Made by a program: the position numbers and the translations under genes | IMG/VR virus record: IMGVR_UViG_3300025018_000315 | Coordinates: 1-36,352 of that record | Length of the DNA: 36,352 bases | Source: a virus | Lineage: Duplodnaviria; Caudoviricetes | Strand: one strand, 5' to 3' | The notes under the pieces: generated by a model | Databases searched by the model: none | Seen by the model: only the letters and a program-made list of their open reading frames with translations | What the model was told of the DNA's origin: nothing | Shown: piece after piece, positions 33,440 through 36,352 of the stretch | Layout of the letters: every line of letters begins with the position of its first letter | Position numbering within the stretch: the stretch's first letter is position 1

Positions 33440-33922
33440 ATGGACAAACTGCAAAAGATACAGAGCGAACTCAAAGCTCCGAAAGGACAACGCAATTCAT
33501 TTGCTAACTTTAATTATAGAAGTTGCGAGGATATTCTAGAAGCGGTGAAGCCACTACTAGCAAAATATAAATGTTCACTAACTATCAGTGATGAGATGTG
33601 GAGTATTGGTACGAGATACTATGTCAAGGCAACAGCCACCATTATAGACAACGAAGCAAAAGAAGCATTGAGTGTTACAGCATTTGCAAGAGAACAAGAA
33701 ACGAAGAAAGGAATGGACGAAGCACAAATTACAGGGGCTACAAGCTCCTATGCGAGAAAATATGCATTAAATGGACTGTTTGCCATAGATGACACTAAAG
33801 ATGCTGATACTATGGATAACAAGGCAGATGTATCAGTAGTGGCAACAAAAAAAATCTTAAACGAAGAACCGCTACCAGAAGAACCACCAATAAAAATTAA
33901 ATTAACAGATATACCTTTTTAA
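33440..33922 (+). CDS. erf: ERF-family single-strand annealing protein
   Basis: LKAPKGQRNSF..FNYRSCEDIL and QITGATSSYARKYALNGLFAIDD motifs. Confidence 0.92.
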   Translation: MDKLQKIQSELKAPKGQRNSFANFNYRSCEDILEAVKPLLAKYKCSLTISDEMWSIGTRYYVKATATIIDNEAKEALSVTAFAREQETKKGMDEAQITGATSSYARKYALNGLFAIDDTKDADTMDNKADVSVVATKKILNEEPLPEEPPIKIKLTDIPF

Positions 33923-33923
33923 T

Positions 33924-34289
33924 ATGAATTACCCAGAAACAACCCAAAAAACAGTTACACCTAAAAAAGTATTTACCAATCTTACAAAAAAAGATGGGAC
34001 AACATACAAAGACGGAGCAACACTTGTTGTCCTCAAAGTACACAATACAGAAGATCCAAACAATGATGTGAGTATTAGTGGATTTTGCAGACCAACAGAC
34101 GAAGTACCAGTAGAAGGGGTGCAAGTTACCCTTGATGTATACGAGAACCAATACGGGTGGCAATTTATCCCGAATAAAGCACCAACAATGTCAGAACTAA
34201 ACCGTAAACTAGACTTGGTACTAAGTTTTATGGCAAAACATCAACATACAGTGAGCCAGAAAGACCAAGACATACTTAACGCAATGTAA
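33924..34289 (+). CDS. Hypothetical protein, possible SSB/OB-fold
   Basis: Beta-rich ORF right after ERF. It spans the circle junction (ends at position 72 in the IS-free circle). Confidence 0.55.
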   Translation: MNYPETTQKTVTPKKVFTNLTKKDGTTYKDGATLVVLKVHNTEDPNNDVSISGFCRPTDEVPVEGVQVTLDVYENQYGWQFIPNKAPTMSELNRKLDLVLSFMAKHQHTVSQKDQDILNAM

Positions 34290-34370
34290 CATGGTAACAT
34301 GAAGACATAAAAGGATAGATGTTACAAGACATAATAGAGTTATAACCACCTATCCCTACACTACATAAAA

Positions 34371-34442
34371 TTGACACTGTATAGATTTTTAGGTTATAAT
34401 CACTTGTGAAAGCGGACAAGTGATTTACATTGCTTATCCACA
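34371..34442 (+). promoter_or_regulatory. Inward-facing promoter at the IS left end, hairpin and DnaA box
   Basis: TTGACA (34371-76), 18-nt spacer, TATAAT (34395-400); hairpin cacttgt/acaagtg (34401-34422); TTATCCACA (34434-34442). Confidence 0.6.
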
Positions 34443-34662
34443 AATGCATACGTCCGTAAGTATGTTCAAATAAAAAAAATACTGTTATAGTAAACAGTAT
34501 CAAATTCCTTGTAGATATGAATAAATTAGTATTCAAAATAAATACTTTGTAATTTGTAATTTGTGCGGTTGCGTTTTTTTGTTTGTGTTTACACTTGACA
34601 CAATAGCGATTTTTTGGTAAGGTCTTGCAACATTACAAGACAGTCTATAAAGAGGCAAAAAG

Positions 34663-34729
34663 TGGACGTATGGAGATTTGAACTCCCAAGGTCTAGGATA
34701 GGAAGCCCGACTTGCACCGTGCTACGCCC
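34663..34729 (-). ncRNA. tRNA-like element with reduced D-arm (anticodon-like loop CTTCCTA, i.e. TCC/Gly)
   Basis: Acceptor GGGCGTA/TACGTCC + A; T-arm GGAG-TTCAAAT-CTCC; mini D hairpin GCA-CGG-TGC; bulged anticodon stem; no encoded CCA. Confidence 0.65.
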
Positions 34730-34760
34730 TGTTTTTGTCCCTTTATAGAACGTTTTGTTC

Positions 34761-35030
34761 TTAATCCTTTCAGTAACAATTACGAGCGGGGGTATCTAGT
34801 TATAGACGTTAGAAGCGTCTATTTCTTTTTTTTACGTGGAAAAAACTTAAACCACTTACCTGATTTAGAGAATATCAATGTACCATTACGATGTATTGCA
34901 TTGCATAACATCATACCATCTTCATCTAAAAAACAAATTTGCTGTTGCTTATTCATAAGCTTATTTCTCCTTTCTGCTGGAACACACCATGCAATGAGAT
35001 AAAGCTCGTAATTGTTACTGAACGGATTAA
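34761..35030. repeat. 27-bp inverted repeat (one mismatch) enclosing 216 bp
   Basis: ttaatcctttcagtaacaattacgagc (34761-34787) versus gctcgtaattgttactgaacggattaa (35004-35030). Confidence 0.92.
34819..34956 (-). CDS. 45-aa basic passenger peptide of the IS
   Basis: MNKQQQICFLDEDGMMLCNAIHRNGTLIFSKSGKWFKFFPRKKKK*; strong SD AAAGGAG upstream of ATG 34956. Confidence 0.65.
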   Translation of the reverse strand: MNKQQQICFLDEDGMMLCNAIHRNGTLIFSKSGKWFKFFPRKKKK

Positions 35031-35216
35031 TTTTTTGGATCAAAAAAGACCAAACACCTGACTCCAACCACATTTGATTTCACTTAGATAATCAATTTTG
35101 ATTGGTTGTTGACTCCCACCAAATTGCCTTGAGGCTATTTGCTGTGGTGGAGCCATGTGTATGGTCTCTTGGTAGTTATCTACAAGGTGAATAAATAAAT
35201 AAGAGTCAACGTAATT

Positions 35217-35245
35217 ACTATATACCTAATGTCTTATCTTGTCAA
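35217..35245 (-). promoter_or_regulatory. Sigma70-type promoter for the IS cargo
   Basis: TTGACA (35245-35240), 17-nt spacer, TATAGT (35222-35217). Confidence 0.7.
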
Positions 35246-35325
35246 GCTAATTTGATTTCTTTAGCATAACTGATATACTGCAACCAATATGAATAATCAA
35301 TACCTTAAAAACCTAAAGAAGATAA

Positions 35326-36186
35326 TTACTGCAAAATTGCAGAAAGAAGAACGTCAAAGCGAACCCTGTCGTTGTATCGGTTGTTGTAATGCCAAACAAA
35401 CGCATCAAGATAAGACTGAAGATACTTCTTTGAAATAACCTTGTGTGTACCTTTTACACTTCTTTTAACGTGTGACCAAAAACTTTCAATATTATTTACA
35501 TATACGTCCCCAGAGACGTATTGTTTTTTTGAGTGATTAACTGTTTGTCTATGGTAACCACTTCCATATCTATTTGAACTATCTGTCAATAATCGAGTAT
35601 TTTCTAAATCAATATTTTCATCAATAAACTCTTCAATAGTTATAGCACGAACATTTGGTACTTTTTTAGCACGCATTACTCCGTTACGCTCTACTGCTCC
35701 TATTACTTTACTTTTATTTGCCATTACAGAACTAGCATTTTTATTATCTTCTCCACCATATCCACGTCCACCAAAATATGCTTCATCCATTTCAACATCT
35801 CCACGAAGTCTAAAGTTACCTTGCCCTAAACACTCTCTAATTAGCTTTAGAATACGCCATGCTGTCTTATAGGTAACATTTAGCTGTCTTTCCATTTCTT
35901 TTGCTGATATGCCTGATTTTGCGTTACTAAAGATAAATATAGCATGAAACCATTTTAATAAATGAGTTGTAGACTTTTCAAATATAGTTCCTGCCATAGG
36001 TGCAATTTGAAAACGACATTTACTACATTGATATTGTTTACGTTCTTTTATTCTGTTATATGTTCCACCACATGAACATTCTTTTGTGTGAAGAACTGAA
36101 AATAAATAATCTAAACAAGCGTCCTCATTAGGAAAGTCTTTTTGAAAATCTATTATTCCATATTTCGTTTCTTTTGCCATATACAC
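35326..36186 (-). CDS. tnp: IS1595-family (ISXO2-like) DDE transposase
   Basis: Zn ribbon CSC...CSKC, HTH (ISAKEMERQLNVTYKTAW), VEMDEAY, LLTD and NNIESFWS motifs. Promoter TTGACA-17-TAATAT lies within the right TIR region. Confidence 0.95.
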   Translation of the reverse strand: MYMAKETKYGIIDFQKDFPNEDACLDYLFSVLHTKECSCGGTYNRIKERKQYQCSKCRFQIAPMAGTIFEKSTTHLLKWFHAIFIFSNAKSGISAKEMERQLNVTYKTAWRILKLIRECLGQGNFRLRGDVEMDEAYFGGRGYGGEDNKNASSVMANKSKVIGAVERNGVMRAKKVPNVRAITIEEFIDENIDLENTRLLTDSSNRYGSGYHRQTVNHSKKQYVSGDVYVNNIESFWSHVKRSVKGTHKVISKKYLQSYLDAFVWHYNNRYNDRVRFDVLLSAILQ

Positions 36187-36352
36187 CTATATTACTCTAG
36201 TATGATTATGTTGTCAAGGGATAGGTGTGGAGTTATACACAGACTACACTTTAAGGAGGGAAAGAAGTGTAGTATAATGAACATATCCGAAAGGATGAAC
36301 ACCTGAATGGAATACTAAGATACAAAGATAAACTGTTTAGATTATCTGGTAT

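Larger units (their letters stand above)
1..34217. mobile_element. Complete circular dsDNA tailed-phage genome (podovirus/P22-like head-tail module), IS-free allele
   Basis: Bases 1..127 are identical to 34218..34344, closing a 34,217-bp circle. Ordered TerS-TerL-portal-scaffold-capsid-adaptor-tail-lysis genes lie on the - strand and early genes on the + strand. Confidence 0.93.
34345..36229 (-). mobile_element. IS1595-family insertion sequence with passenger cargo (1885 bp)
   Basis: 8-bp TSD GAGTTATA at 34337-34344 and 36230-36237 (single copy at 120-127). Imperfect 24-bp TIRs (19/24 identical; core cacctatccct). Encodes a transposase. Confidence 0.93.

Noticed and set aside
34276-34536. 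86-aa - strand ORF with a hydrophobic N-terminus as an IS toxin
   Set aside because: It runs across the IS left end into phage DNA, so its C-terminus depends on the insertion site, and it has no SD.
34663-34729. Functional canonical tRNA-Gly(TCC)
   Set aside because: It lacks a normal D-arm and connector and has an irregular anticodon stem. Reported as tRNA-like only.
34712-35073. Track ORFs 34712..35002 (+) and the extended 34819..35073 (-), both containing NPFSNNYE
   Set aside because: The shared peptide is just the 27-bp inverted repeat read on each strand. The supported start is ATG 34956 with an SD.
1-36352. Stop-codon reassignment (code 4/25 or 15)
   Set aside because: Long structural genes are intact in code 11, and TGA and TAG terminate genes at tight operon junctions.

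Overview
This window is an essentially complete, circularly permuted ~34.2-kb AT-rich dsDNA phage genome (unique circle 1..34217) with a P22/podovirus-like virion module. The + strand carries early/accessory genes (32402..34289 continuing through the junction into 530..11612): ERF recombinase, RusA-like resolvase, HNH, a DUF2829/Tad2-like protein, an SPFH protein, an adenine methyltransferase, a split cytosine methyltransferase, a solo HicB-like protein and many Cys-rich micro-ORFs. The - strand late operon (11748..32322) carries TerS, TerL, portal, scaffold, major capsid, adaptor, tail/ejection proteins, a collagen-containing fibre and an M23 lysis cassette. I see no integrase, CI-type repressor, polymerase, primase, helicase or initiator. 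The window end repeats the start but with an 1885-bp IS1595-family element (34345..36229, 8-bp TSD GAGTTATA) inserted next to a DnaA box, so the empty and filled alleles are both present. The strongest candidates for something undescribed are: (i) the IS cargo, where a separately promoted transcript has a 27-bp inverted repeat enclosing a 45-aa basic peptide gene, followed by a D-arm-reduced tRNA-like module and faced by antisense promoters; (ii) G9 tracts found only in the two methyltransferase genes, where losing one G would fuse the split C5-MTase; (iii) three promoter-proximal leaders sharing an interleaved A-B-A'-B'-poly(U) topology; (iv) two intergenic structured RNAs closed by long stems. 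All protein calls come from motif recognition by eye. No searches were run.
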